DNA of 64,000 bases from Perna viridis. Taxonomy: Eukaryota. Within the stretch, counting starts at the first letter, position 1, and each line of letters opens with the position of its first letter. The stretch is from assembly GCA_037379345.1 (NCBI GenBank), contig CM074512.1, positions 54,395,597 through 54,459,596 of the forward strand. The letters run 5' to 3'. Made by a program: the position numbers and the translations under genes. Below are positions 24,701 through 38,052 of this stretch, one piece after another. The notes beneath the pieces are model-generated. The model was not told where the DNA came from. It did not search any database and saw only the letters and a list, made by a program, of their open reading frames with translations.

Positions 24701-26480
24701 AAATGGTGTCAGTGCCATTTAGCTGGGGAGGTGTGATATTTACTTCTCTTGTTTGTATACTGATTTGGTCTTTAAAATTGTTCTAGGCATACTGTGATTG
24801 TTTACAGTTATGAAAAAATTAAGAACTCCGAAGGATTTTTCCTGCTGTCCAAATGTCTCCTAGACAGCGCATACGTTGAGTTTCTACGTATAGCACTTGA
24901 AGTGACGCACAACAATTGTACAACGCCGCTTAGGAATCGATGAGAGTACTGTACTCATCTACATAGAATTAAAATCAGCTGACTGAAATATAAAATATTT
25001 GATATCACAATATTTATCAAATAATATGAAACATACATAAATTTATAAGGCTAAAACACCATAGGGGGCCTTTAAACCGTAAAACCGGAAAATGTAAGTT
25101 GGAAGTTGTAACACAAAATCTCATCAAAATTTGATATAATTTTATGTGGAAATGTCGGGGAAAATCCGTCAAAAATTACATAATTTTTCTCTCTGTTATA
25201 TGAAGTTTATCGGCAAAAAGGGAGTTTTCTGGCAAAAAACGACGAGTTTTGTAAGCACATGGAAAAAAAGTGTTTAAAAAAAAAAAAATCAACAAAACAC
25301 ATTTTATTTTTCATAACATGAATGCTCAAATATTTATTTGTATCAGACATTTTTCAAGAAAAGATCACGTCGCAATTATTTTTTTTGTGTAACTCTTTAC
25401 CCGAGTCTCATGAACTGCCCAACACAACAATTATTTACTTTCGCACGCGTTTTCCAAATACATATTCTTCAGACATGTAATGTGACTAATTATGCACCTT
25501 TCCAACCAGTTTTAACTCATAAGATTGCATAAAAGTACCGATTTCTACCGTAAAAAAGTTTTAGGCCATACACACCTAAAAAATTTATAGTGACATTATG
25601 TTTTATTAGTCATGAGATCACACTATCTTTTCCACAGAGTTATCGGTCCTTCCTCATTTCTAGGGGAGATAACTTGAAAAAAGGCTTAAACAGGATTTCA
25701 GCTTTTAAAACTATTAATAAAACGTTCCGACGACCACACGTTCCTTCAATGATTCGAAACTTGTTAAATGAGTTGTCTTTCAACAATTTACAAACAGTAA
25801 ATATCAGTTTTAATAAAAGAGAAAAATGAGAAAGTATTTATTATAAATAGGTCTGGTTCAAATCAACGTTTCGCTGCCGATTGAGATCATTTGGTTAATT
25901 ACACATTCCTTCTCAACACAAAAAAAAATGTGTATACTCATATTTGTGTATCTCGTCCAAGGGGAGACCACGCCAAATTGTCATAATTCAACACATGGCC
26001 CACATTTGGATCAAACACTCCCGCGCATCTAAATTTAAAGTATTGTTTGTACCCTTTAAATTGTCCGTAAAGGTTGTTCAGAAATAAAGAAAAGGTATAT
26101 ACATAACACTTTAATTTGACAATGATCATAACATCTTACTTCATTATCCAAGACCATGAGAAAATGTGAGCTTTTCATGACAGGTCGTGACAATTTCGGA
26201 CTGGATACGAATTCTTTCCGAATGACTCTCCAAACAAACTTGTAATGGTGATTAACAAGCAAGTCGCCGTTGGTCATCTAAAGATCATCGGAGGACTATT
26301 TTTGTTTGGTTTTGGATTAATGACTTGTGTAAATCAGGTGGGAAGCATGAAACAATGAAGAAATGATTATCAATAAGTAAATACAAAGAAATTCCAACAC
26401 TTCATAAATCTTCGATCGATTGTATTGTGATTAAATTTGACTTGATATGTTCACTGCTTCATCGTTGGTAATCAGCTTCG

Positions 26481-26590
26481 AGACCTAAGATAAGGGACAT
26501 AACTCTTGAAATCAGTGATATTTTAAAATCATATTCTATTTCACCAAAGACTATCAAGCTTTTATTTGAAACAGAATGATATCAATCCAA
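26481..26590. mobile_element. MITE family B fragment
   Basis: AGACCTAAGATAAGGGACATAACTCTTGAAATCAGTGATAT matches a family B end. Confidence 0.65.
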
Positions 26591-27634
26591 TTTACTTTAT
26601 TGCTTACACGAGATTGGTGTAAAATACTGAATACAAACGTTTTGATTTGTAAGAGTTGTGTCACTTGAAGAATGAGTAGAAGTGAATTTTCGAAATATAA
26701 ACATACTGAACATAGTTTGGTCTTTATATGTTGAGGCATTACAATACCAAACAGTGACATTCAATATATAAAAAGATGCATGTATTACAGACAAAAACTT
26801 TTTTTCTTTATACTGAGGTTCGCATCTTTCATGATTTTATTCTTGTTAGTTTATGTAGAAATGCAGTGTAGAAAATGATAGTCTACGTTGCAGTTTCTGG
26901 AATCACAATCCCATTCAATTCAGAGATGTGGCCCGAAAAAGATTGTTAAGTAATTCCAGTAAAAAAGTCAAAACAAAAAATTCAGTTACATTTTCAACTA
27001 CTGTTATACGCGCGTAATGTCAAACTCTATCCAGGCGGGAATTCATAAAGGGCAGACACGGCGTATGCCCCTATCATAAAAATGGAAAATTTATTTTTGC
27101 ATGAAATTTTGATTATTCACAAACTCTCCATTTCTTAATGTGCTTACATTGTTTCGCTCAGTCTTTAGTTCTTTTTACGGCCAAAACCTGAAATCATCGA
27201 TCGGCTGGCGTAAGAAAGGTTCGGAAGCTGGAAGTCCTTGACCGGATAGGCAGAAACATCAATGATTTGTCATACAGTCAACTATCAGCTATCAATACAT
27301 TTGGTAGATATCTGTACTTGCTATGATTCACAATGAATCTGACATTGAGAATAGGTTTATTTGTACATTCATTGATTATTATCTTAAATAAACATCACCT
27401 GAAGTGGTTCTATTTTGGCGAATGCTTCCTCTGTCAAACTTTGACACCTGTATAAAAATAAACATGACTGTCATCCGTACTCTGGTCAAAATAGAGAAAA
27501 TATTTCTGTAAGAAAAATAGTTTTCCACAGTAAGGGTTATTTTAAGTTGATGTACTAAGTCGTAAGTTTTTACGATAAAATGTGTATGTGTTAAATATCT
27601 TGCATTGAAGAATTTGAACTCATACTTATAGAAC

Positions 27635-27796
27635 CAGGCGCGGACCCAAGGACTGGCGTACCGGGCGAACGCCCCCCCCTAAATCGGTAAGAAAAAAAAT
27701 CACCTTAAGTTTCACCCCATAATATTTTTTGCCTTGCTTTGCACGGCATTTAATTCAATTTACGCCCCCTCAAGTCAAATCCTGGATCCGCCCCTG
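27635..27796. mobile_element. GC-rich-ended MITE family D (CAGG.GCGGA.CCA...TGGATCCGCCCCTG)
   Basis: Short TIR; 5-bp TSD AGAAC (27630-27634, 27797-27801); close copy at 36395-36561. Confidence 0.85.
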
Positions 27797-28927
27797 AGAA
27801 CCGATGTAATCAACTATACATAGTTAAAGAAAAGTGGAAAAACCGACTTGTGCCGATCTAGGGGGGGGGGGGGTCCATGAACAAAATACCTTTTGGGAAC
27901 ACATAAACTGACAAGGACAAACAATAAAGACAAAAATAAAAAAAATAATATACGCAGAGACGAGCAGCACATTCGATACAATGTATGTTTGAATAATACC
28001 CTGTTCAAATATTTATTTTTTTTCTTTAAATTATTGATCACCGGGCACAGAATAGAAACTTAAACATAGGGTATAGTATGAAATATCCATTAAGCATAAC
28101 CACCTAACATTTGGAACAGATTGGGCGGAGGACAATCAATTTTAGCCGGAACCGGAAATAGGACACTTTAACCGGCTGAAATAACAATCGCAAAGTGATG
28201 TGATGTATGTTTTAGTGAACTGACTAACAACCTTAACGACCTATTATAAATTACGATCTCTGAGTTTCTGCTTTTTACATTCAAATCTCAAGCAGAAAGA
28301 GGAAATTCAAGTCATCAAAGAGAAGTTTACGGATAGATATTATGATTTATTTGATAATGAATTTGTCATATATAATCAGATTAATAAATTTTGCAATGCA
28401 CATCTAATATGCATCTGGATAGTTAGTAAGCAAATATTATTCCAAATCCATGATAGAAAAAGCAATGCTGTTTAATAGAAAATCATATCTGTTTAGACTA
28501 TCATGATCAGTCTTCTAATTAAAAGGTAGTTTAGACCATGAAATATTTCCTTAGTACGACCTCTTCTATGACTCTTCTACAATTATCAATCAAAAAAATG
28601 TAACTAAGTACAAAAGATTTCTTAATCACTCGCTGTGCTTCCTGTAAGACTCTGCCTACTAACACAGCTTGAAGGATCATAAGAAAAAATTGCCTGTACT
28701 TACTTCCCAGTGTTAATTATGCATGTGTCTTTGCTTTGAGATGCGAGCTGCATTTTGATAAATTGTTTGGATCACTTGCTGCTGTACTGATGTCCATGTA
28801 GATGTGATCAAAGAAAAGCCATTTGGTGTCACAGAACAGTTCCAGATCCGACTCAATGGAACTATGCTGTTGAAAACTGACACCGATTTAGAAGTGCTTT
28901 TAGAGTCGTTTTTAGTAAAGCATAGGA

Positions 28928-29120
28928 CTCTTACCCTACTGATGCACCTGGTCCATGTTCCCAGTTTTTTGTTGAATCCGGGTTGCCATGCATTTTCTTT
29001 TGTTTCTTTGTACGTGTCATTTCAGATTTTTCATGTTGTGTGACTTTTTCCCCTGTTTAATCGTTATCTTTGGAATATATTCTTTTGATTTCCACTCGAA
29101 TCTTGGTTCCCTTGATTACT
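28928..29120. repeat. Interspersed repeat family C, copy 2
   Basis: Shares both conserved blocks with 18896-19090. Confidence 0.75.
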
Positions 29121-32100
29121 CCGATAATTTCACTAGAGAGCTGTAGAGCCACTTCCGTTCTCGCGACAGTTTAAGTAGCAGGTTTTGTAATATGGGTCAG
29201 AGCAATTCACGGTTATAGAATGTTCTGTATGGGATGGGTCCAGAATTTCAGTTTGGGGACGGTGTAAATAGAAATAAAGGCAGAGCGAACCGAGGTTGGA
29301 AAAGCTCTGGCGATATAATTTGTGAAAAATAAAAAAAAAAGATTCCCTAATTTAAGGGGAGTGTACGCCAGTTCTGCCACCCTATGAATCCCCCTATATC
29401 AGTGTACAGAACCGAGGATTAGTAACGGTTAGCATACATAAGATACTGAGATTCAATTGACGATGATAACTCTATCACGTTATAAGCACTTCAATTAAAA
29501 CAAAATAATAATTCTTTCTTTGTTTCACATATTTTTTGTACACCATTACTTGTCGGTCATGTGGACTTTGGACTGACAGCACTGGTCCACCTGGTGGTTT
29601 AGATTAATCACATACCTGGTAGAGTGTTCCTTGATAAACTTCTTTACTCAAGTACTTGTAAGAGTGACTATCAGTTGGGGGTCCGGGATGAAGCACTTGG
29701 GTTGAAATTCTTATGTGCTGTAACAAGATCTTTTTCAGGCGTTTTCTTCTGGGTCCTAGTTTTAGCGATTGTCAAAAATTAGACCCAAGATGATTTTGTC
29801 AAGTCTCTGTTATTTTTCTTACAAAAACCCCGACTCAGCATAACGATTACTGAATGATCTTTTATAATTTTTGAATATAGTCGAGATGTCATAGGGATCA
29901 TAACATTATTACGGTGTAGTTCCGACATAATAAAACAATCTTCAGAAATGATGGTCCAAATTTTATTTAACGCTTACCTATCTCAAAATAAAAACTAAAA
30001 CGCATTTTAAGTACGACAGTGCCTTCTAATAGTACTTCAAATCGAATGTACAGCAAATTATGGGGTATTTTGAAAATTCTTTTAATTCCCTTCATTTTAA
30101 TTTTAACGCAGGTCCCCCAATATCTTTTTTAGATTTAGATTAACGTCCATTTCATAGAAAACATGGCCAGAAAATAATAACATTTAAGATCTTGTCATAC
30201 ATTAAACAAAAATATATTGTAGTTAGAGACTTCGGCAGGCAGAAGCCGTTTAAGTGTGTACCTAACATCTCTTTTAATGTTTATTTGGTTCATTTAAATT
30301 TCTTGAAATTTTATACAGTTTATTACTTTGATAAAAAAAGAAAATTATGTAAATTTCAAGACTTTTTAACCAGATGTTCTTAGGAATAATTTCAATGAAC
30401 ATGTTGTAGCGTCATCGACAAAACTTTTGATCACTTAGATGCTTTGAGTTTGATATCAGAATGTCACAAAATAAAACGTTTTGCTGATTTTTACAGTTAT
30501 TACCCTTAGGTGATGTGTAACCCCCCCTAAGGTAATCAAATATTTTTCTACAATACAACATTTCGTAAAATTTTGGGCTATTTTTTGCAGGGAAACGTAA
30601 CATGTTTGTGCTTGGTAATCAAGTAATTTTGCTTATGTTTGTTTCTCTTTATGTTTTTTTTTAAATTGAATTCCTTTTGTTGTCTTAGTTGATGGCCGCG
30701 TTTCTATATTCGTGGTCTTTCTAGCCGCAGGAGTTTTACAAACTAAAATATCATTTTTGTTATTCTGTGTATACTATCTTAGATTTCTTTTATTTGGAAA
30801 TACAACAACACATATTTTTCTTCATCAACCGTCGAATAACCTTTAAACTTATCATTAAATATCTAATGACCGAAATATCTATAGTTTTAACGTTAAGTGA
30901 ACTGTATTTGATTAACATTAAGAAATGTCAAGAAAAATAAGAAAATAATGATTAATTATATCCTTCTGACATTTAATAATACAGCAAATAAAAAAAATCT
31001 ACTTATACTTATGAATTATATATTACGCCATTGTAATCATGTAACAAAATCTGGCGATAATTGTACGAGAACAAAAGAAACTCGTAAAATTATCGGATTA
31101 TTTTCTCTGGTAATTGATCCTTTCATGGCGATTTTTTCTTTTGCACAGTTTTCCTCAGCTGGAAGATGTCATCAACAAGAAGAATATGACTTAATACACC
31201 GATTATATTCCGTGACAAGTTGAGGACCACCGCTTTTATCGTTATTATAAGGCATGTTTTGTCAGGGACGTGCTGTGTTCTTGCTGTGTTTTTCGGTATT
31301 TAGCTATATTCGACGTCCAAATAATGGCGGAAGGAGAATCGCGAGACAGACTGTGGCGATTCGCACCAATCGTAATTCATGAATACCGTCCAATTACTGG
31401 TAAATAACAATATGTGTCAGAAAATTATGGTAGTCGTTCATGTTTTGTTAAGTGATAAGTTGACATGCCTATACATGTGATGAAGAAAATGGCATACCTA
31501 ATATCATTTTTCAACCAAATCTTTCCACTAGGCTACATCTACAAAAATGAAGATTTTGAAAATAGAGTGTTAGTGAATATTTCTGTAATCCTTTATTAAA
31601 ACACGAATCAAGGACAGAGATTTTTTCTTAAAATAAAAAACCACACACACACACACAAACACACAAATTAAGAAGTCCTTGCTCCATTAGTTCAAAAAGT
31701 ATTTAACACGTATCATCAATACGCGAATAAAAATGTCATGTTCTTAAATTAGTGTCCCCAAAGGCGGATCGAGAGGGAGGCGGACTCGCTCCTCTTATGC
31801 CCGAGATGGTTGGTTGGTTATAATGAATCCGCCATTGGTCTCATTGTTTTTTAGGCGATAGTGTCTCCTCATTTTTAGCATTTCGTTGGGTCTATTATAA
31901 GCAGAACTCTTTAAAAGTCCCGCAGAATTTCACAATTTTGCAGCTAAATCACGTGAACTTGATTCAATATTGACTCTAGCCTTCACGGGCATGATCAAAA
32001 GGGGAAATTACATAATTCAGATAAACCCCCTGAGTTATTCCCCTTGGAATTCTGTATTCTATGGCATCATTTAATATAATACATTTTAGAATAAGAGGTG

Positions 32101-32921
32101 TTTTTTTTTGGTTGAAGGGAGAGCTCCAAGTAAAGATATATTTACGGTGACTAAGCATACAGATAATAAGCAGGTTTTTATCTACCATTAGACCTGTAAA
32201 GTGGTACATGGATAACCTAGAGAGATAGCATATCTCATGTAATAATATTTTGCTGGATCTGCAACTTATTAGTACTAAAAACCGTTAAAATAAAAATATT
32301 AAAAAAAATATAACTAAACTTCGCCCTTTGAAATTTCACATAACTTGTGATAGTAATGCACAAATACTATGGTAAGAAAAATAGTTTAATATCATAATGG
32401 ATACGTTTATTGTTTTAGTTGTCAGTTGAATTGTCTATAAGCTGAAGGACTTTCATTATTTTCCAAAATGTTAACGTTCTCAGGAAATATAGAACTAAAG
32501 ATTAACCGTTCAATTTCATTTGCCGAAGGGCTAACTGTCAACCAGCTTTATAAAATTTACATGCATGCCAATTAAATAAATTTGATGTAAGTTCCACTTA
32601 GTGAAATAAAAATTGGTTTTTTAGCTGTAAGCTACGGTAATATTACGAATCGCTTTACATGATATCGTTTTAGAAAAGATGATCCTAGACCAACCATGTA
32701 TCCTCGGACAGTATACATAAAATTTTGAGTGATCAATAATGTGAAAAGAAGAAACACCACTCATATACGGCATATATTCCAGTTATCACAACAAATTTAA
32801 ATTCTCGTACTTTCCAGCCTAAGGCAAACATGTTTCTGAACTCCACTTAAATTCATTCAATGAAAACAAAAAAAGTTCTCTCGAAGCTTCGCAGGCAAAC
32901 ATGTTACTTGACACCAGTTAA

Positions 32922-33313
32922 GTAGCAGTCTTTATAAAAATCAGGCAGAAGGTGATTGATGTATGTCAAAAACCCACCAACTTTTATTTCATGCTCAGAA
33001 ACAGCTATGGACCACGTAACCAGTTTTAGTTTTTCATGTGGATGTCGCGCTTTTGAGATAAAATTTGTATAGATTGTACAAGAAATTAGCTCTTTGCAAG
33101 AGTTATCGTTCTTGATTTGGTTTGATTTGGTTGATTTTAGTGGGAGGTTAAAGTGTAGTTTTCTCATAAGTACAGATCTAAATACAGAAAAGACCATTGT
33201 CACTTAAAAATACAGCATATGTAGACCAAAAATGCATTTGTTGTTCTGTGGGGTTTTCTACATCATGAATCACCTTACCATAGACAGTGTCTGAATTTTG
33301 TATGGACTGGCAT
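32922..33313. mobile_element. MITE family A, copy 3 (392 bp), TTAA TSD
   Basis: TTAA at 32918-32921 and 33314-33317; imperfect ~26-bp TIR (GTAGCAGTCTTTATAAAAATCAGGCA vs reverse complement ATGCCAGTCCATACAAAATTCAGACA). Confidence 0.85.
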
Positions 33314-34293
33314 TTAAAAACAACATGCATTTTCATGAACACAATGAAGAAAAATTATCTTGAAACTTCGTAGGCAAGCATATTACTGGACACCACTTAA
33401 ATACAACAGATTTTTCCATGAACACACCAAAACACTCGATCATAAGTCATACATGTTTCTGGAAACATTGTATAACAATTACCATCTCATCAGGCATATT
33501 AGATCACCCAAACTCTATTAAATCGTAGTTGTTTCATCACTCAGGAGGCCACACAGAATTTTACATGTTCTGAAGAAAATGATTGACATGAACTGATTAA
33601 AATCTGAAAACTTAAGAATCAAATTTATGCAATCTTAAAACAAGAACAAAATCAACTTTAAATCTACAACTCACAAAAATTGAAAATGATTGAAAAAGAC
33701 GGTTGAAATACAGTTTTTAATAATTTTGATATAAGTTTGTCTAATTTTTGCTATCTAAAAACTCCAACAAAACTCTGATCACTGAAATGGTTAAGTTGCT
33801 AATCTTCCGATTTATTGCTTTTTCTATTTTTTGTATAAATTGTCTTTAAGCAAAATTGTTAAAACCCTCTTTAATTTAGGGGCGTGAAAACTCCGATAAT
33901 GTCACAAAGATATTGGTATCAAATTGCGCATTATTGTGAATTTGATTAATTTAAACGACAAAATGTCTTCTGAATAATTGTAAGCAAATGTAAGTTAATG
34001 TAAATACAATCCAAAAATTAGATCCAACATGAATCGTGGTTCGAATTATCTTTACCCTGTTCAAATTTCGTTCATTCAACAAAAAAATAGTCTTAGACAA
34101 TTTGGTATTTTTTTTTTAAATATGTTAATAAACGTATTAAGAGTTAATGTTTCCTTAGAAAGTTCTAAATTCAGTAATAACAAACTAATTAAATATTTAG
34201 AATTTATATATAAGCACTATAAATAACATTTTAATAACGTACAATGATATGCTAATTTCATCTTGCTGTCTCTGTGTTTCGTGTTTGCATTCG

Positions 34294-34841
34294 TCATGAA
34301 TATTGCATAATTGGCATGTGATGAAATGATGGCAGGGTTGGAACGGACGGTAGAGTCGGTAATGGTGGAACCGATGCTAGACTTTGGTGGTCTTTGACGA
34401 CAGATGGCGGTATTGTTGACCTAGAATGACACACGAACCAATCGTTGAGTTTCTGAATTTCTGGTGCTGATGACGGTGGCTCGGAATTCACCAATGGCAT
34501 GTTTGCAATGTCTGGTTTTTTCTCTACCGGTTTGTCAACAGTAGGTGACACCGGTGTCCAGTTATGTCTAGTTTCATTTTTTGACGGAGATGTCGTTTGA
34601 GAGTCATTAGCGCCACATGCAGCCATTTCTTCCGCATCCTTCTCCATTGATGGAGTTATTTCACCATGAACTTTCAAATGTTTTCTTAGAGAACTAGGAT
34701 GGGTATAGCTCTTATCACAGCCACGAACTCTGCAATAATATGGTTTGTCGCTGGTGTGGACATGCGAGTGCTTCTTTCTGTCTGAGCTATTGGCAAATCG
34801 TCTATCACAACCCTCAAATTCACATTTAAATGGTTTCTCAC
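34294..34841 (-). CDS. Zic: ZicB exon 2 (ZF4, ZF5, C-terminus)
   Basis: Acceptor tttttacag ends at 34842. [59 protein letters not shown]...LNDWFVCH...PIMQYS*. Phase matches exon 1; spliced CDS 1413 nt = 470 aa. Confidence 0.96.
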
Positions 34842-36394
34842 CTGTAAAAATGAAATTAGTAATAAGTTACCACTGCTAGTTCAAGAAATTTTATAAAGCA
34901 ACTACCAGAACCAAAAGTGGCTTTTCCATCAGTTATAAAATACAGTAGAGAAAACAAAACAAAACAACAAACAAATCACACCACAACACAAATTAAAAAC
35001 AAAAACAAAACACAGACATACACATCCACACAAACACTTTTGATTGTAGGTTACACGAAATTGGATAATTATCAATAATTCATCTATCTTACAACTAAGA
35101 AAAAAAAAACATAGCAATAATTGAATGATCCCAATAAACGCAACAGCAAGAGTAAACCACCAAGTCAAGACCACTGCGTTTGTTTTACGACCTTTCTTTT
35201 CTGTTTTTTTTTTTTTTTTTTTTTGGCTATTCCTTCTTGTCTTGAGTTTTTGCATATCAGTTCGGTATTTCTGTTTTTATAATTTATCACCTACTAGCTT
35301 CATGAACATGGAAGTGACCGTGATATAAGTTGCTCTCATTTACAATAAGTTCCTTCTAAATTGCTGTAAAAAATGTTTTTTATTTAAATTTTGTTTGTAT
35401 TTTCAATAACGTGTGTTTTGTTTCCGTCGAGGCACCAATTTATCTCAAAATTAATCTATGTCGCGGTTTCGCCGACGCTGTTTTTTTTACCTTTTAGATT
35501 CTCATATTAATGAAAAAAATCAGACCTTCGAATATGTCACATATTGGAACACCCCATGTCTTCAGCTAATGTTTTTACAGAGAAAATGTGTAACATAAAT
35601 AATAATTAGAGTTATGATAATGTTTATGAAACTGAATATGAAAATGGCATGAAATGGAAATAAACGTAATTGAATTAAACATATGTAATGCATAAAAAAT
35701 GTATGAAATTGATTTGAAATTGTTAGATTAACTATGTGTATGTAAATCTGTTGGAAACATATGGTAATGCCGGATTAACCCTTTCAGGTCTTTGACGCAA
35801 AATTTATCAGAATTTGAGAAGACTTCGATCAGTACAAATATTTATGAAGAGGAAATAGATAACCTTTAAGGCCATTCAGAAATAAATCATATTTTTATTT
35901 TTGGGTACTAAGAAATGCTTCGCCCTAGCATTCATAAGGGATAGTTAGGGATAGGTATTAAGCAATCATTACGGTACGCGTAGAATATATAAGTAAATGA
36001 TGCCCATATTTGTGATGATATATTTATTTTGATACGAAAAAAAATATTTTGCTCATATTCATATGAGTGAAATCATAAACATTGAGCTTTGAAAAAAAGT
36101 TGTTAATTGGTGTTCTTTGCTGACAAATTGCGATTTAAAAATTAGGACTCTCAATAATTAAATAAATGAATAATTTAATAGCTTAATAAAGTGGAACCTG
36201 CATTATGTGTATGCGCATAAACTAATGGATGTAACTAAGGTTGTTTTACATTTCAGCCGACCATATACCTTACGAAACACTGTCAAAATTAAAATATATC
36301 TTAATCATAATAAAGCAAGATCAAACAAATAAACAAAAAGTCAAAACCAACAAAAAAGTTTCAAAATTTATTTCTTAGTTTCTAGTGTATATAT

Positions 36395-36561
36395 CAGGTG
36401 CGGATCCAAGGACTGGCGTAGCGGGCGTACACCCCCCTAAATCGGTAAGAAAAAATATTTCACCACAAGTTTCACCCAAATAATATGTTTTGCCTTGCTT
36501 TGGACGGCATTTAATGCAATTAACCCCCCCACCTTAAACTAATATCCTGGATCCGCCCATG
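36395..36561. mobile_element. MITE family D copy within the ZicB intron
   Basis: Aligns with 27635-27796; 5-bp TSD TATAT on both sides. Confidence 0.85.
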
Positions 36562-38052
36562 TATATTTTGCGTTGATTAATCTTCCGTGAAATGCTATTA
36601 AATACGTGTTTGCTATTTTGCTCAAATTGTGTAATACATTGTAATTGTTTTGTTTTTCAGTATTATTCTTCAAAATTGTTGATGTTTCTTAATCTGCATG
36701 AGAACATCTATTGCTTTTTATTCGTTATTTGTGGCAAAAAAAAAAGAGTTTAATGTGAAACTTCTTCTCTATCAATTCCCATGTTATGAGACTGGGATCA
36801 GTTTTCTTAAGCTAAAGAATAGGTTCTGTTGCAAAATTTGCAGTTTTATTTTGACTTGCGCAAATTACACAGCTCAAATTGTCCATGTAGTTCCAAATAT
36901 TACAATTTAAACATATAAATATGACTAAAATAATTGAAATATAACATTGTTAATTTTGCATAATTTATATGTATATTTTCAATATGCGAAATGTATTTTA
37001 ATATTTATCTACTACTAAAATTCTTAGCACGAAGTAACCCTTTTTACAGGAAAAAAATATAATTATCACATTTATTTTATAATGTCGAAATAATTGCCCT
37101 TCTTATTAATCAAATGAAGAAACTCTGGAAAATATGTTAACTTGAAACCTTTCGTACGATCAAAGCCAAAAACTTTCTCTGTCAAATTCATCTATATCTT
37201 TTGCGGGGGAATAATTCAACCCCAGTGCAAACTAATGAAGTATTATGCTAGAGGAATTTTTCTTTCATATTTGAGCAAGGACAGGTTCTCAAATATAATT
37301 ATTTTTCAATGCATAAAGTGTCGTAATGATTTAGACATCTGTCAAGAAAAAAATAAACGCTATTATTTTCGCTTTTCTCACGAAAATTTAAATAAAAAAA
37401 TACGTTAAAGAAAGAAAAGGTCCTTTAAATCCAACCAGTTGTTGGACCTAACTAGAAAATCGTACAAAAATTCCTGCATCTTTCAACAAAATGCTCTACC
37501 AATCAAGACGTGCTAATTTTCAACGAACCTTGTCACTATGCTTTTTGTCTTTTAGATGGTTTTACAATTACTGGATAACGGTGGGAAATTATAAATATTT
37601 ATTGTAATATTCGTAGGGGTATTTAGATCATGTGAAACAGGATCCCTTCATGGCTCGGTTGCATTTTGGTACATACATATGTTTCGCACGTTATGAATTT
37701 TTGTCTTAATTAATGTATAGTATACTTAGACATATAATAATATCTTCATTTATCCTTTAAAATTTTTATACCCATTGATAAATGACATAAAAATATAATT
37801 AAAAACATAAATTTCATTATTTAAATGTTTCAATTTTTCGGCAATTGAAATTTAACAACCCCGGATAAAAACACAATGTTTTAAACGTGTGACAATCCTT
37901 TTTACTAAGGTGTATGTTAATTATTGTAGAGTTAAATAAGTAACGCATGTTGGTTGACAGTTTTCAGAGAAATATACCTCTCATGTAAAATGCATGCAGA
38001 TGAACAGAATTCAGAGAAATTAACCAATTACGAACCATGACAATAACCTTAC

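Noticed and set aside
33450-33497. Hammerhead-like CTGATGA...GAAAC on the minus strand (also near 55800 and 51715)
   Set aside because: No canonical stem II closure or stems I/III; the 55800 match is simply Ser-Asp-Asp-Glu-Thr codons.
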